The notes below the pieces were generated by a model. It was not told the origin of the DNA and searched no databases. It saw only the letters and a list, made by a program, of their open reading frames with translations. From Candidatus Nanohaloarchaea archaeon (GTDB taxonomy: Archaea; Nanohalarchaeota; Nanosalinia; Nanosalinales; Nanosalinaceae): 64,000 nt of DNA. This document shows positions 47,918-56,987 of this stretch, piece by piece; position 1 is the stretch's first letter, and each line of letters begins with the position of its first letter. Location: the NCBI GenBank assembly GCA_041640035.1, contig JBEQBC010000001.1:32001-96000 (forward strand). Direction: 5' to 3'. A program made the position numbers and the translations under genes.

Positions 47918-47992
47918 GGACCGGTAGCTTAGCCAGGTTATAGCGCCACGCTGATAACGTGGAGATCCCCAGTTCAAATCTGGGCCGGTCCA
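47918..47992 (+). tRNA. tRNA-Ile(GAU)
   Basis: GGACCGG/CCGGTCC acceptor; CCACG-CTGATAA-CGTGG anticodon arm; GTTCAAATC. Confidence 0.96.
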
Positions 47993-48213
47993 CTTTTCTC
48001 CGATTTCATCTGTCATCCTATTATATTACTAAAAATTTTGTTCACTGGCGGTAGGATTTGGACTGATAAAAACTTTATATGCTGCTGATTCTCGATAGAG
48101 TTGGATAGAAGAAAATATGATGAGTTGTTAGAGAAATTAGACTCTATAGAAGAGATAGCATATCCTAAGCCAAGTTAGAAAAATTTAAGTCCGTAGTAAA
48201 TGAATAAAACTGC

Positions 48214-49158
48214 ATGGAAAGTCTGCTAAATACTAGTAATTTGAACGAGGAGTTAAAATATTCTCTAGAACAGCTTAAAAAACACATAGAAGATACGAAT
48301 ACAGATTTTCACGATCATTTTTATCCCGAAAAGAAGGAGCAACTCAAGAAGTCTATAGAAAAACTAGATAATAATAAAGAACTTGATTTTAGAACTTTAT
48401 CAGAGATTTCTGAAATTCTTAATTTCAAGAGAATGTCTCCGGCACTGGAATTGGCCGAGAAGAAATTTGAAATGGAGCAAAATGTTTCTAGCAGATTAGA
48501 AGAGATAATATATTCGTATGAAAGCTGGGGTATAGAAGAGAATACGCTCTCACAATTGAATCAACAATATCAAGAAATTCTGCTAAATTCAGTTTATGAA
48601 GGTTTGTTTAGGAAGGGAATAAAGAAATCGGATAGAGAAGCTTGGTCTTCTATAAAATTCAACAAAGGCGGTAGGACATTATACAAGTATATTTTTGATG
48701 TGGTTAAGGGGTGGCCACAAGAAGATTTATGTGCTATATGGGCGGAAGAGGTACTTAATTCTTCGTTTCCTGAAGTGGAAGTCTTGAAGGAAGCACATGA
48801 TAGCGAAAGAGTATTCAAATATAGTAAAAAAGGGCAGAGTATTAGTGGAGAGCCGGATCTACTGATTGATGTAGCCGGAACTAAGGTAGCTTTGGAGGTT
48901 CAACATGTTACGAAAAACAGTAGGGTTAAGACTAAGAATTTAATAAGAGTACCCTCTCATCGGATTGAGGAATCTAAGAAATGGGGTAAGAACTATATTC
49001 TGCTAATTCCGTATGTTGAAGATGATCAAGTTACAAAAAGAGCAGCAATTTTCCATGGACCTCTTGAGGAAGCTGATAGAGATGACTATATTGAAGGAGA
49101 ATTCTACCCTCTCGAAAAAGTAGAGGAAAAATTAAGTGATATGACTGAGAATCAGTGA
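48214..49158 (+). CDS. Low-GC PD-(D/E)XK nuclease-like protein (restriction endonuclease-like)
   Basis: QED...; SGEPDLLI......VALEVQ motif; AT-rich; directly after tRNA-Ile. Confidence 0.6.
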   Translation: MESLLNTSNLNEELKYSLEQLKKHIEDTNTDFHDHFYPEKKEQLKKSIEKLDNNKELDFRTLSEISEILNFKRMSPALELAEKKFEMEQNVSSRLEEIIYSYESWGIEENTLSQLNQQYQEILLNSVYEGLFRKGIKKSDREAWSSIKFNKGGRTLYKYIFDVVKGWPQEDLCAIWAEEVLNSSFPEVEVLKEAHDSERVFKYSKKGQSISGEPDLLIDVAGTKVALEVQHVTKNSRVKTKNLIRVPSHRIEESKKWGKNYILLIPYVEDDQVTKRAAIFHGPLEEADRDDYIEGEFYPLEKVEEKLSDMTENQ

Positions 49159-49176
49159 ATATTCAACCTATGTTAT

Positions 49177-49446
49177 TTACAGATCTCCGCCTGCATCTCT
49201 TATACTCATCACAGGATTACCTCCGATTTTACCGCCGCTGTATTCTTTCGGTCTAGCTGCCCTGATATCAGGGTCCCGGAATGTATGATCTATCTCAGCT
49301 ACCTGATCTATGTATTCCTCCCAGGCTTCTGGCAGGTGACCGTAGTTGAATCCTGTTGAAATCGTCATAGGATCTTCATCTCTACTGTTCGTGATCGTAT
49401 AATCGATTGTGAAGTCTTTTTCCTCATCATCGTAATCCCTCCGCAT
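49177..49446 (-). CDS. Hypothetical protein (start uncertain)
   Basis: 89-aa acidic ORF. Confidence 0.5.
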   Translation of the reverse strand: MRRDYDDEEKDFTIDYTITNSRDEDPMTISTGFNYGHLPEAWEEYIDQVAEIDHTFRDPDIRAARPKEYSGGKIGGNPVMSIRDAGGDL

Positions 49447-49622
49447 TAGAACCGCTAGATTCTCTTCTTCAATTCCAGATAGGTGGTTATCGTGTCTGTA
49501 ATTATATCGGCGTTCTCCACTTTATCACATCGGCATTAATGTTGTGCTGAAGTGAATAATAAATCAGCGATCTCTGGATAAACTCGAACTAATTTTTATT
49601 CCTGAAAACCGAATCCTATTCT

Positions 49623-50174
49623 ATGAAGGTATATCTTGTGACCGGGAACAGCGAGAAGCTGGAGGCGGCAGAACACGCGTTAGGCGACTCTTTCGATATC
49701 AATCAGATTGATCCTGACTTGCCTGAGATACAGGCGGACAGCAGTTTGAAGGTTGCAAGACACACGGTAGAGCAGTTGATCGATGAGTACGATGCGCCTG
49801 TTATTCGTGAAGATCACAGCGTATACTTGAATGCTTTCCAGGGTTTTCCAGGTCCGTACATGAGTTACTATGATCGGAATATGCCTGTAGAGGATTTACT
49901 GAAGATGCTGGAAGGTGTTGAGGACAGAACCGGTTACTTTGAGATATCTACGGTTCTCGGACTTCTGGATGGCGAGATCAGGGAGTACAGTTTCCAGGTA
50001 CCTATCGAGTTTGTGGAAGAACCGAGAGGAGATAAAGGTAACTGGATCCGGGTGATGAAGCTGGAAGATGGAGAAAAGACTTTTGCGGAGTCTGATAGCA
50101 GTGAAAGAATGGATAAATGGAATAGGAACTTCCGGAAGATCGCGGATGAATTAGAGGAGTTGAACCGCGGTTAA
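49623..50174 (+). CDS. Ham1-family non-canonical NTP pyrophosphatase, divergent
   Basis: VTGN..KL; LPEIQA; GFPGPY; KTFAE; lacks terminal SHR. Confidence 0.85.
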   Translation: MKVYLVTGNSEKLEAAEHALGDSFDINQIDPDLPEIQADSSLKVARHTVEQLIDEYDAPVIREDHSVYLNAFQGFPGPYMSYYDRNMPVEDLLKMLEGVEDRTGYFEISTVLGLLDGEIREYSFQVPIEFVEEPRGDKGNWIRVMKLEDGEKTFAESDSSERMDKWNRNFRKIADELEELNRG

Positions 50175-50201
50175 AAAGTTTACTTTTTGATAACAACAAG
50201 T

Positions 50202-50588
50202 ATGCCTCCGTCTCTTGAACCGGACTACCAAGAAGAACAACTCGACGAACTTTCTGACCTTCAGATGGCCTCACATCTTTACGGAATAACGAAGGCCAAG
50301 CATGAGGAGCAGGTCGAGGAACAGCTGGAAAATGTATACGAGAAGGTTCAGGAGTACAGGAAGGCAAAGATGCCGGGAACCCGTGAAAGCAAGATGGAGA
50401 AAGGCACAGAGATCTGGGCAGAAGCAGCCAAGTACTGGGACATGACAGATAAATATGACAGCGAAGCGCTCGCAGCAGCCACGCCTATTTTCGTAGTTCA
50501 TTCTGAAGGAATCGGTGTAGGTATGCAGGAATCCGATGACCTGGAGGACTTAAGAGAACGGCTTGATGGCGGTATAGAAGGATTTTAA
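50202..50588 (+). CDS. Hypothetical protein
   Basis: ATG at 50202; acidic helical ORF. Confidence 0.6.
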   Translation: MPPSLEPDYQEEQLDELSDLQMASHLYGITKAKHEEQVEEQLENVYEKVQEYRKAKMPGTRESKMEKGTEIWAEAAKYWDMTDKYDSEALAAATPIFVVHSEGIGVGMQESDDLEDLRERLDGGIEGF

Positions 50589-50649
50589 TATAAGATGTAT
50601 GTAGATGACCACATCATTTTTAACTTCTTGATAACGAATCCAGTTTATA

Positions 50650-51330
50650 GTGAGTGACTCTCTGGAATCTCAGCACACCAATGTTGTTGAACAGTTAGAG
50701 GCTCACTTTTCTCCTTTACTCGACCGTGAAGAAGTCCGCTGGGATACAATCCTGGTCGAAGAAGAGCAACCTTCACAGCACCTGGATATTGAAGCTACTC
50801 TGGACCGAGAAGTTGATATTGCACTGGTGAATGGTACAGAGGCATATGTTCTAGAAGTCAAGACTACGGATAACGATATCAAAAAGGCTGAGGACCAGGT
50901 TGACGAGATAGTGGATTTCTTCAGCGAAGCAGGATACGATGTCTGGGGCAACTACCTTTTGGAGGAGCGTAACGAACATATGGACTCAGAGGAACTGGCT
51001 CAGAAGATCCACAGCTTTTTCGGAGGAGTCTTCAGCAAGGATGATCTTTCAGGTATCATACATTACCAGAACAGCTGGGGAAGCTTCGGGTACATCAAGA
51101 GCTCTGTTTCAAGAGACCTGACGGATGTCGATCCCTATAGAAGCTTCCATGTTGACAGTTCGCCGTACGACCTGGAGGTGCTTGGTGAACGAGGTGTGAT
51201 GGCGTCGGATGACGGCGATGTTTACAGGTTTACTTCGGATTATCAGGATTTGATTGATAACGGTGAACCGGATTTCAGGTTCATGCTGGAGCCTAGGGCG
51301 TACGAGAAGTTTGATCTCAACAGCTCCTAG
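50650..51330 (+). CDS. PD-(D/E)XK nuclease-domain protein
   Basis: REVDIAL......VLEVKT......A..Q motif. Confidence 0.7.
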   Translation: MSDSLESQHTNVVEQLEAHFSPLLDREEVRWDTILVEEEQPSQHLDIEATLDREVDIALVNGTEAYVLEVKTTDNDIKKAEDQVDEIVDFFSEAGYDVWGNYLLEERNEHMDSEELAQKIHSFFGGVFSKDDLSGIIHYQNSWGSFGYIKSSVSRDLTDVDPYRSFHVDSSPYDLEVLGERGVMASDDGDVYRFTSDYQDLIDNGEPDFRFMLEPRAYEKFDLNSS

Positions 51331-51391
51331 TTATTTTACTACTTTCAGATTACAAAACTGTTTTAAGGATTTTACCATCAACTTGTTCAAC

Positions 51392-51727
51392 ATGGATTTG
51401 CCTGAATGGCTGGACAGCTTCGGACTAGACCTCAGCTTTGATATCCTGGGAGACGACATGGATGAGGACTTCCAGAAAGTTTACGATGCGTACGAGGAGT
51501 TCTACAGAGAAGCAAATACGCCGAACGGCCGTACAGGTAAACGCATGTCTGCTGGAAACGAATTCATGAACGCAGTTATGGAATACTATGAAGTCGACGG
51601 CGATGAAGCAACAGCAGGTATCGGAATGGGCCTGTTCCTCAACGCGGACGGTGGTTACAGTCCTAATCCTTTAGAAGAAAAAATGAGTGAAGAAGAGCTT
51701 TACCAGTATCTGGAAGGCCAGATCTAG
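51392..51727 (+). CDS. Hypothetical protein
   Basis: ATG at 51392; acidic ORF. Confidence 0.6.
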   Translation: MDLPEWLDSFGLDLSFDILGDDMDEDFQKVYDAYEEFYREANTPNGRTGKRMSAGNEFMNAVMEYYEVDGDEATAGIGMGLFLNADGGYSPNPLEEKMSEEELYQYLEGQI

Positions 51728-51975
51728 CCGTAATGCTCTTCCAGGTAATCAACGATGTCATCACTTTCAGGCATCGTTGTATCGGTGTTAGGATCAACCA
51801 TTACTGGTACTCCTGTCTGTCCTGAAACTTCTTCGACCTTTGCTCTGTCTCCGTTTGGTTCTACCTGTCGTGCGATGAAATCTATCTGCAGTTCGTTAAG
51901 CTTCTCTCTTACCTTTTTACAGTAAGGACAAGCTTCGAACTGGTAGATCTCAATCAGTTCTTCTGGTTGTGTCAT
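51724..51975 (-). CDS. Glutaredoxin / GST N-terminal domain protein
   Basis: CPYC; SGQ..VP.MVDPN....M.ES.DI..YL. Confidence 0.92.
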   Translation of the reverse strand: MTQPEELIEIYQFEACPYCKKVREKLNELQIDFIARQVEPNGDRAKVEEVSGQTGVPVMVDPNTDTTMPESDDIVDYLEEHYG

Positions 51976-52036
51976 AGAAATTGTATACCTCGTAAACAGA
52001 AATATGGACGGAGTACTTTTTAACCTGACAAGTTAC

Positions 52037-52468
52037 CTACAGATCATCAGCAACCTGTTCCAGAAGCTCCTTCTGATTATCATAAGTCAGTAAAGCAGAA
52101 GCATCATCATAATCAAAGAAGTACCCTCCAGCATGTTCCTCATGCGGGTTTCCGGAGGTATCAACATATGCGTCCTCGCTGACCTTCACTAGGAAGCACT
52201 TGTATTCTCTTTTGATCTCTTCGCCGTCCTTCTCGAAGGTCCATTCCAGAGTCTGTTCAAGGCTTTCCAGAGATTTGACACTGTCTTCCGTGATACCGGC
52301 TTCCTCCTCTAGTTCCAGCTTGACGGTCTTCTCATAGTCTTCCTCTTCCAAGTGACCTTTCGGTAGCTCCCAGCCCTCCCAGTTCTTGGTTCTCTGAAGA
52401 ACAAGGAAACGCTGGTTTCTATTCGATTCTTTGTAGGCTACTACTGCAACCCCTTTCTCAGTTTTCAC
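52037..52468 (-). CDS. NUDIX hydrolase (Ap4A hydrolase-like)
   Basis: WELPKGHLE......V..ELEEEAGI. Confidence 0.88.
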   Translation of the reverse strand: MKTEKGVAVVAYKESNRNQRFLVLQRTKNWEGWELPKGHLEEEDYEKTVKLELEEEAGITEDSVKSLESLEQTLEWTFEKDGEEIKREYKCFLVKVSEDAYVDTSGNPHEEHAGGYFFDYDDASALLTYDNQKELLEQVADDL

Positions 52469-52565
52469 AATTCAGTGTTTACCCCCTGTCTTTCTTACAT
52501 TTTACACCGCTGTATGAAATGATTTTTATATCTACGCTTCTTTTTTATCATTGACTGGTGTCAAA

Positions 52566-53201
52566 ATGGTTCAAATGATGAGTAAATTGAGACAGTTTCT
52601 CAGTGACCTGTTCAAAGACTCAGAGCAGGACGACATAAGCATAGGTATCTACGGCCCTCCGAACGCCGGTAAATCAACTCTGGCAAACCAGATGTCCCAA
52701 GATCTGACAGGAGAGGAAATGAGCAATGTATCAGAGGTACCTCACGAGACAAGAGCTGTAGAGAAAAAAGAGAAAGCACTACTAGAAGCAAACGGCCGAG
52801 AAATCGAGATGAACCTGCTTGACATGCCAGGAATCTCCACAAATGTCGACTTCAAAGACTTCACAGAACACGGCCTAGAAGAAGACGACGCCAAAGGACG
52901 AGCCAAAGAAGCAACCAAAGGAATCGTCGAAGCAATCAAATACCTAGACGATGTAGACGCATGCCTAGTAATCTTCGACGCCACAGAAGACCCATACACA
53001 CAGGTAAATGTAACAATAATCGGAAACCTAGAAGCCAAAGACATACCAATCCTCGTACTCGCAAACAAAGTAGACCTGGAGGACGCGGACCCGGAAAGAG
53101 TACGAGATGCATTCCCTCAGCATCCAGTACTTGAAATCTCCGCTAAAGAGGGAGAAAACATAGACAAACTTTATGAGGAAATAGTCGAAAGGTTAACCTG
53201 A
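52566..53201 (+). CDS. oapA: Era-like GTPase (OapA)
   Basis: GPPNAGKSTLAN; PHETR; DMPG; EATKG..EA; DP.TQVN; NKVD. Confidence 0.9.
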   Translation: MVQMMSKLRQFLSDLFKDSEQDDISIGIYGPPNAGKSTLANQMSQDLTGEEMSNVSEVPHETRAVEKKEKALLEANGREIEMNLLDMPGISTNVDFKDFTEHGLEEDDAKGRAKEATKGIVEAIKYLDDVDACLVIFDATEDPYTQVNVTIIGNLEAKDIPILVLANKVDLEDADPERVRDAFPQHPVLEISAKEGENIDKLYEEIVERLT

Positions 53202-53590
53202 TGACGGATGAAGGAGTTACCATCGAATTCTTGTCCAAAGAGAAGCTAAGCGAGAAGGATTTTGACGATAAACTAGACTTAGTGCTTGAAAAAGTCCGAG
53301 ACAACTCCGTACTCGTACTCGAGGAAGGATGGACTCCGGATGAAAAAAGAGAACTCATCAAGTCATCCATGGAAAATATCGACGACGACTTCCCTGGAAT
53401 CGAGTTCCTTGGACTTACATCGAACAACTCACGGCTTGAACGCGCCAGAAATATTTTCTACGAGAAATTCCTGAACGAAAAATACAGGAGAGGGCTCACC
53501 ATTGTAGGAAATGCTCGTGTAATGGAGAAAATCAAGGAAGAAAAAGATACTGTTTCATTCCTCGCACGGATGGACGAACAAAGTAACTAA
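53201..53590 (+). CDS. oapB: DUF2073 family protein (OapB)
   Basis: VLVLEEGWTPDE...LI......I.DDFPGIE; GLTIVG. Confidence 0.85.
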   Translation: MTDEGVTIEFLSKEKLSEKDFDDKLDLVLEKVRDNSVLVLEEGWTPDEKRELIKSSMENIDDDFPGIEFLGLTSNNSRLERARNIFYEKFLNEKYRRGLTIVGNARVMEKIKEEKDTVSFLARMDEQSN

Positions 53591-53602
53591 GGGTGTAAGC
53601 AA

Positions 53603-53986
53603 ATGCCTCACAGATGCATGAACTGCGGAAAGACATACGAAGACGAGTCAGAAGAACTTCTCAATGGCTGTGAATGCGGATCCTCACTCTTCATGTACGA
53701 AAACGAGATAGAAAGAGATCAGGAAGAACTGAACGAGGAGAAAGAAGAGGTCGAGGAAGATATCCGTGAAATGGTCGAAGGTGGAGAAAAGGAACGAGGC
53801 AACATCAAGATCCAGTTCGACCTGGACTCGATAAAGGTAAGAGAGGAAGGAGTATACGATATCAATGTCTCCCGACTACTGGAAGAACTTCCGCTGGTAA
53901 TCGAGAAGAGCGAAGGCGTCTACAGGATACATCTACCTTCAGCATTCAAGAAGGAGAGTAGACAGGTCGACATCGGAGAACTTTAG
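53603..53986 (+). CDS. oapC: Zn-ribbon DUF2072 family protein (OapC)
   Basis: MPHRCMNCG..Y.....ELLNGC.CG...F.Y; SI.V...GVYDIN. Confidence 0.88.
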   Translation: MPHRCMNCGKTYEDESEELLNGCECGSSLFMYENEIERDQEELNEEKEEVEEDIREMVEGGEKERGNIKIQFDLDSIKVREEGVYDINVSRLLEELPLVIEKSEGVYRIHLPSAFKKESRQVDIGEL

Positions 53987-54081
53987 TACAAGAACTCTAT
54001 TTTCTATCCCTTGGGAATGGGTAATGTTTAAAACTCGGCGAACCGCGTCTTTATAATGTAAAAAAGGTGTAAATAGCAATA

Positions 54082-54390
54082 ATGGCAGACGAATACGAAG
54101 GCAGAGAACGAGACATCTTCGGACTACCGAAGATTGACAGCGATGCGGAACTAGGTATCTCATTCACACTGATGATCCTAGGTTCTCTCGTACTATACTC
54201 AACATTCTACACAAACGGGCTAGGAACCAATCCAGCGGTAATCCTTGGACTGATGCTTGTAGCAACAGCATACCTGTTTGTACTAGAAAGTGTGAGAGAA
54301 CTTGAGCAGAAAGACCACTTCCTCTCCGAAAGACTGATGCAGAAAGAAGACACAGGCGAGTCCGACGACGAGGAAGACGAAGAAGAATAA
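54082..54390 (+). CDS. Two-TM membrane protein
   Basis: AGGTG SD; two hydrophobic helices; acidic tail. Confidence 0.7.
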   Translation: MADEYEGRERDIFGLPKIDSDAELGISFTLMILGSLVLYSTFYTNGLGTNPAVILGLMLVATAYLFVLESVRELEQKDHFLSERLMQKEDTGESDDEEDEEE

Positions 54391-54524
54391 CGGTTTCATT
54401 CCTCGCTCAACATTCATTTTTCTCCTATTTTTATTTCAGACACCAATTTTCACCGGCTTAAACACCTTCTCAACTCCGTTCACAGGTTAGAAATAAAACT
54501 CTTTATCATCAATGAGTAATTATT

Positions 54525-54800
54525 ATGTCAAGCAAGGAACTCGACCTTGAGTTCGAATTCTCAAACGAAGAACTAGCTAACTTCCTCGACAACTTCGCAG
54601 ATAAGATAAGAGACGGCGAGGTCGGTCTCAGCTTCAAAGGCAAACAAGAAATAGAGATCGAACCAACCAGAGACAGCAAGGTAAGCCTCGACTTCGAGGA
54701 AGAAGAATCACACAGAGAGCTAGATATCCGAGTCAAGCTTCGTGAAGAGATAGAAACATCAGACGAAGGTCGAAGAAAGATAGAAGTAGAGATAGTATAA
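54525..54800 (+). CDS. Amphi-Trp-domain-like protein
   Basis: S.EELA.FL...AD....GEV.L......IEIEP.....L..E......ELDI pattern; Trp itself absent. Confidence 0.65.
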   Translation: MSSKELDLEFEFSNEELANFLDNFADKIRDGEVGLSFKGKQEIEIEPTRDSKVSLDFEEEESHRELDIRVKLREEIETSDEGRRKIEVEIV

Positions 54801-54872
54801 GAGCTAAAGAAAGAAGAAATCCAAGAAACTTGGTTTCTTCCCCACTACTCTGCTTAGAACATATTCTTTTCT

Positions 54873-55355
54873 TTAATTTCCGAAACTCTCGAGAATCTCA
54901 ATCATACGCTCATTCTGATCGATGATCTTATCCAGACGCTCCTCAATACCGGACAGATCGCCTGAAACACTCTGACCTTGAGAACCCTGCTGTTGATTCT
55001 GAGCGCCCTGAGGCTGCCTCTGACTTTGCTGACCTCCAGTGTTCTGGGTTCTCTGCTGGTTGTTTCTTCCGCCCTGATTCTGAGACTGCTGTTTTCTCTG
55101 CTGTTGAGTGTTCTGCTGTCTCTGTTGCTGCTGTTGTTTCTGTTTCGGTGCTCTTCTACTCAATCCGTCTTCCTCGAGAACTTCAATCGGAGTGTCATCT
55201 CCTTCCTCCTCTTCTTCGGAGGTTTCCTGTGCAGCCTGCTTCAAAGTATCGAAGTTTCCGCCTCCAGCACTACTGCTACTGTTACTGCTGTTATCGCTGT
55301 CGTTGCTGGAAGAGTTGTCTTTCACATTATCTTTTACATTATCATAATAGCTCAC
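54873..55355 (-). CDS. Low-complexity S/Q-rich protein with C-terminal QNE helix
   Basis: GTG at 55355 preceded by GAGGCGA; disordered body; IEERLDKIIDQNERMIEILESF. Confidence 0.65.
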   Translation of the reverse strand: MSYYDNVKDNVKDNSSSNDSDNSSNSSSSAGGGNFDTLKQAAQETSEEEEEGDDTPIEVLEEDGLSRRAPKQKQQQQQRQQNTQQQRKQQSQNQGGRNNQQRTQNTGGQQSQRQPQGAQNQQQGSQGQSVSGDLSGIEERLDKIIDQNERMIEILESFGN

Positions 55356-55680
55356 TTGGATCGCCTCTTGTACCTGAATTGTTATCCTCGGTTTGACTTC
55401 CACTACTGCTTCTATCGTTCTTTATATCCCGCAGAAGCGAAATAATCTCCTCATTCTGTTCCTTGATATCCTTGAGGCTTACACTGCTTGAAGAACCAGA
55501 CATTGTAGAAGTACCTGTACCGGTACTGGTACTGCTGCTGGAGCTGGTGCCGGATTCAGTTCCTAGACGAGCCTCAACCTCGTTATGAAGATCAGTGCTG
55601 TCCTCTTCAGAACTATTGCTATCTTCCGGCGCTCTCAGTGAAACCTCTTCATTCTCTTCATCAGAGCTGTCAAATAGCAT
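55342..55680 (-). CDS. Low-complexity S/T-rich protein with QNE helix
   Basis: Disordered acidic body; LKDIKEQNEEIISLLRDI. Confidence 0.65.
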   Translation of the reverse strand: MLFDSSDEENEEVSLRAPEDSNSSEEDSTDLHNEVEARLGTESGTSSSSSTSTGTGTSTMSGSSSSVSLKDIKEQNEEIISLLRDIKNDRSSSGSQTEDNNSGTRGDPSELL

Positions 55681-55770
55681 AATTATACATCAGGAATTCG
55701 CTGAAATAAAAAAGCTTCAGTCCCTCAACCATAGATACAGGCAAGAAAAAATACATTCAGTGAGTAAAAT

Positions 55771-56253
55771 ATGAAGTTCAAGATAACCGTAACCGAGAAC
55801 CGAGACCGACTGGAAGAAAACCTCGAGAAAAGAGCAGACGAGATAGAAGAGATCGGCGAAGAAAAAATCGAGGCGGAGATAGAGAAAGAAGAAACCGTAG
55901 CCAAAACACCGGGAATCCAGAAATACAAGGTTCAAGGAGAGGAAAAAGAAGGCCTGAAAGGACGACCAGTACAGGAACGAGCATACGCACAGCTCGAAGA
56001 CCGGAAGGACGCGGTCAAAGCACTTCTAGCCACCATCAACGGCTACAACCTGGTAATACTTAACCCGTCACGCGACTGGGACTTGCGCCAGCTCCGGAAA
56101 TACAACCCGGATATCATCGAACTCAAAGCAGACGAAAAGGTAGACGAACTCGGCGTAGAGAAATCACTTTTCCAGGATGAGGAAACCGAGAAAGTAGATG
56201 TTCCGATGGAGGAAGTGGATGTAGACAGGGTATACAGAGAGATGCTTACCTGA
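55771..56253 (+). CDS. Hypothetical protein
   Basis: 160-aa ORF, host-like codon use. Confidence 0.7.
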   Translation: MKFKITVTENRDRLEENLEKRADEIEEIGEEKIEAEIEKEETVAKTPGIQKYKVQGEEKEGLKGRPVQERAYAQLEDRKDAVKALLATINGYNLVILNPSRDWDLRQLRKYNPDIIELKADEKVDELGVEKSLFQDEETEKVDVPMEEVDVDRVYREMLT

Positions 56254-56348
56254 AGAGAAAAAAGGACTTAAAATACTATCTAACCCATATGCTTATTGTA
56301 CCAAAACAACAAAACGCGATTTTGTTGAATAGGTGTACATAACCAACC

Positions 56349-56654
56349 ATGGAAAAAGACATAGATTTTGACCGAGTAGAATACTCAACAAACAGAAAAC
56401 TAGAGAACGACGAAGGAGAAAAAACCGGTAAAGTACAGATGTTCTCCTACGACACAGAACTCTACTACTACGACATCAAATGTCCTTACTGTGGTAACCA
56501 ATGGGAAGACGAACAGGAACTAGGAAGCCGACCATGGTGGATCGAATGTCCAGAATGCACAAGAAGCGTCAATGTAAACCGCATCAAAGACGCAATGGAC
56601 AGAAAAGTCAAAGAAAGAGGACCAGACACACCTGACGACATGCCAGAAGCATAA
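56349..56654 (+). CDS. Small Zn-ribbon protein
   Basis: CPYCG...CPEC; AGGTG SD. Confidence 0.8.
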   Translation: MEKDIDFDRVEYSTNRKLENDEGEKTGKVQMFSYDTELYYYDIKCPYCGNQWEDEQELGSRPWWIECPECTRSVNVNRIKDAMDRKVKERGPDTPDDMPEA

Positions 56655-56707
56655 AGTCAGGTACAAAAAACTTACCAACCACATTTTCCCTATAACCTAA
56701 TATTCAT

Positions 56708-56782
56708 GCCTTGGTGGCTCAGCCTGGCTAGAGCGACCCCCTTGTAAGGGGTAGGTCGAGGGTTCAAATCCCTCCCAGGGCT
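56708..56782 (+). tRNA. tRNA-Thr(UGU)
   Basis: GCCTTGG/CCAGGGC acceptor; ACCCC-CTTGTAA-GGGGT anticodon arm; GTTCAAATC. Confidence 0.96.
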
Positions 56783-56987
56783 TAGCTTGTTTTGTACAGG
56801 GGTCGGGATTCTACACTACATCTCAGAGCTTTTAGATTGTCTAAAAATCAACTTCAGATTTAATTCTTCTCTCTAAGTTCTTTTTTTGCCTTTTTGGATG
56901 CTCTTATCTCTCTTTAAATCTCAAATTTGTCTTTTGAGTGTTATATTAGAGGAAAAGATACATTAAATTCAGCTCTATTTAGCAAGC

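Noticed and set aside
48101-48178. Short ORF LDRRKYDELLEKLDSIEEIAYPKPS before the orphan nuclease
   Set aside because: Too short to assign; may be a gene remnant, with no supporting motif
55342-55403. Programmed frameshift joining the two low-complexity ORFs
   Set aside because: The downstream ORF has its own SD and GTG; no slippery heptamer seen
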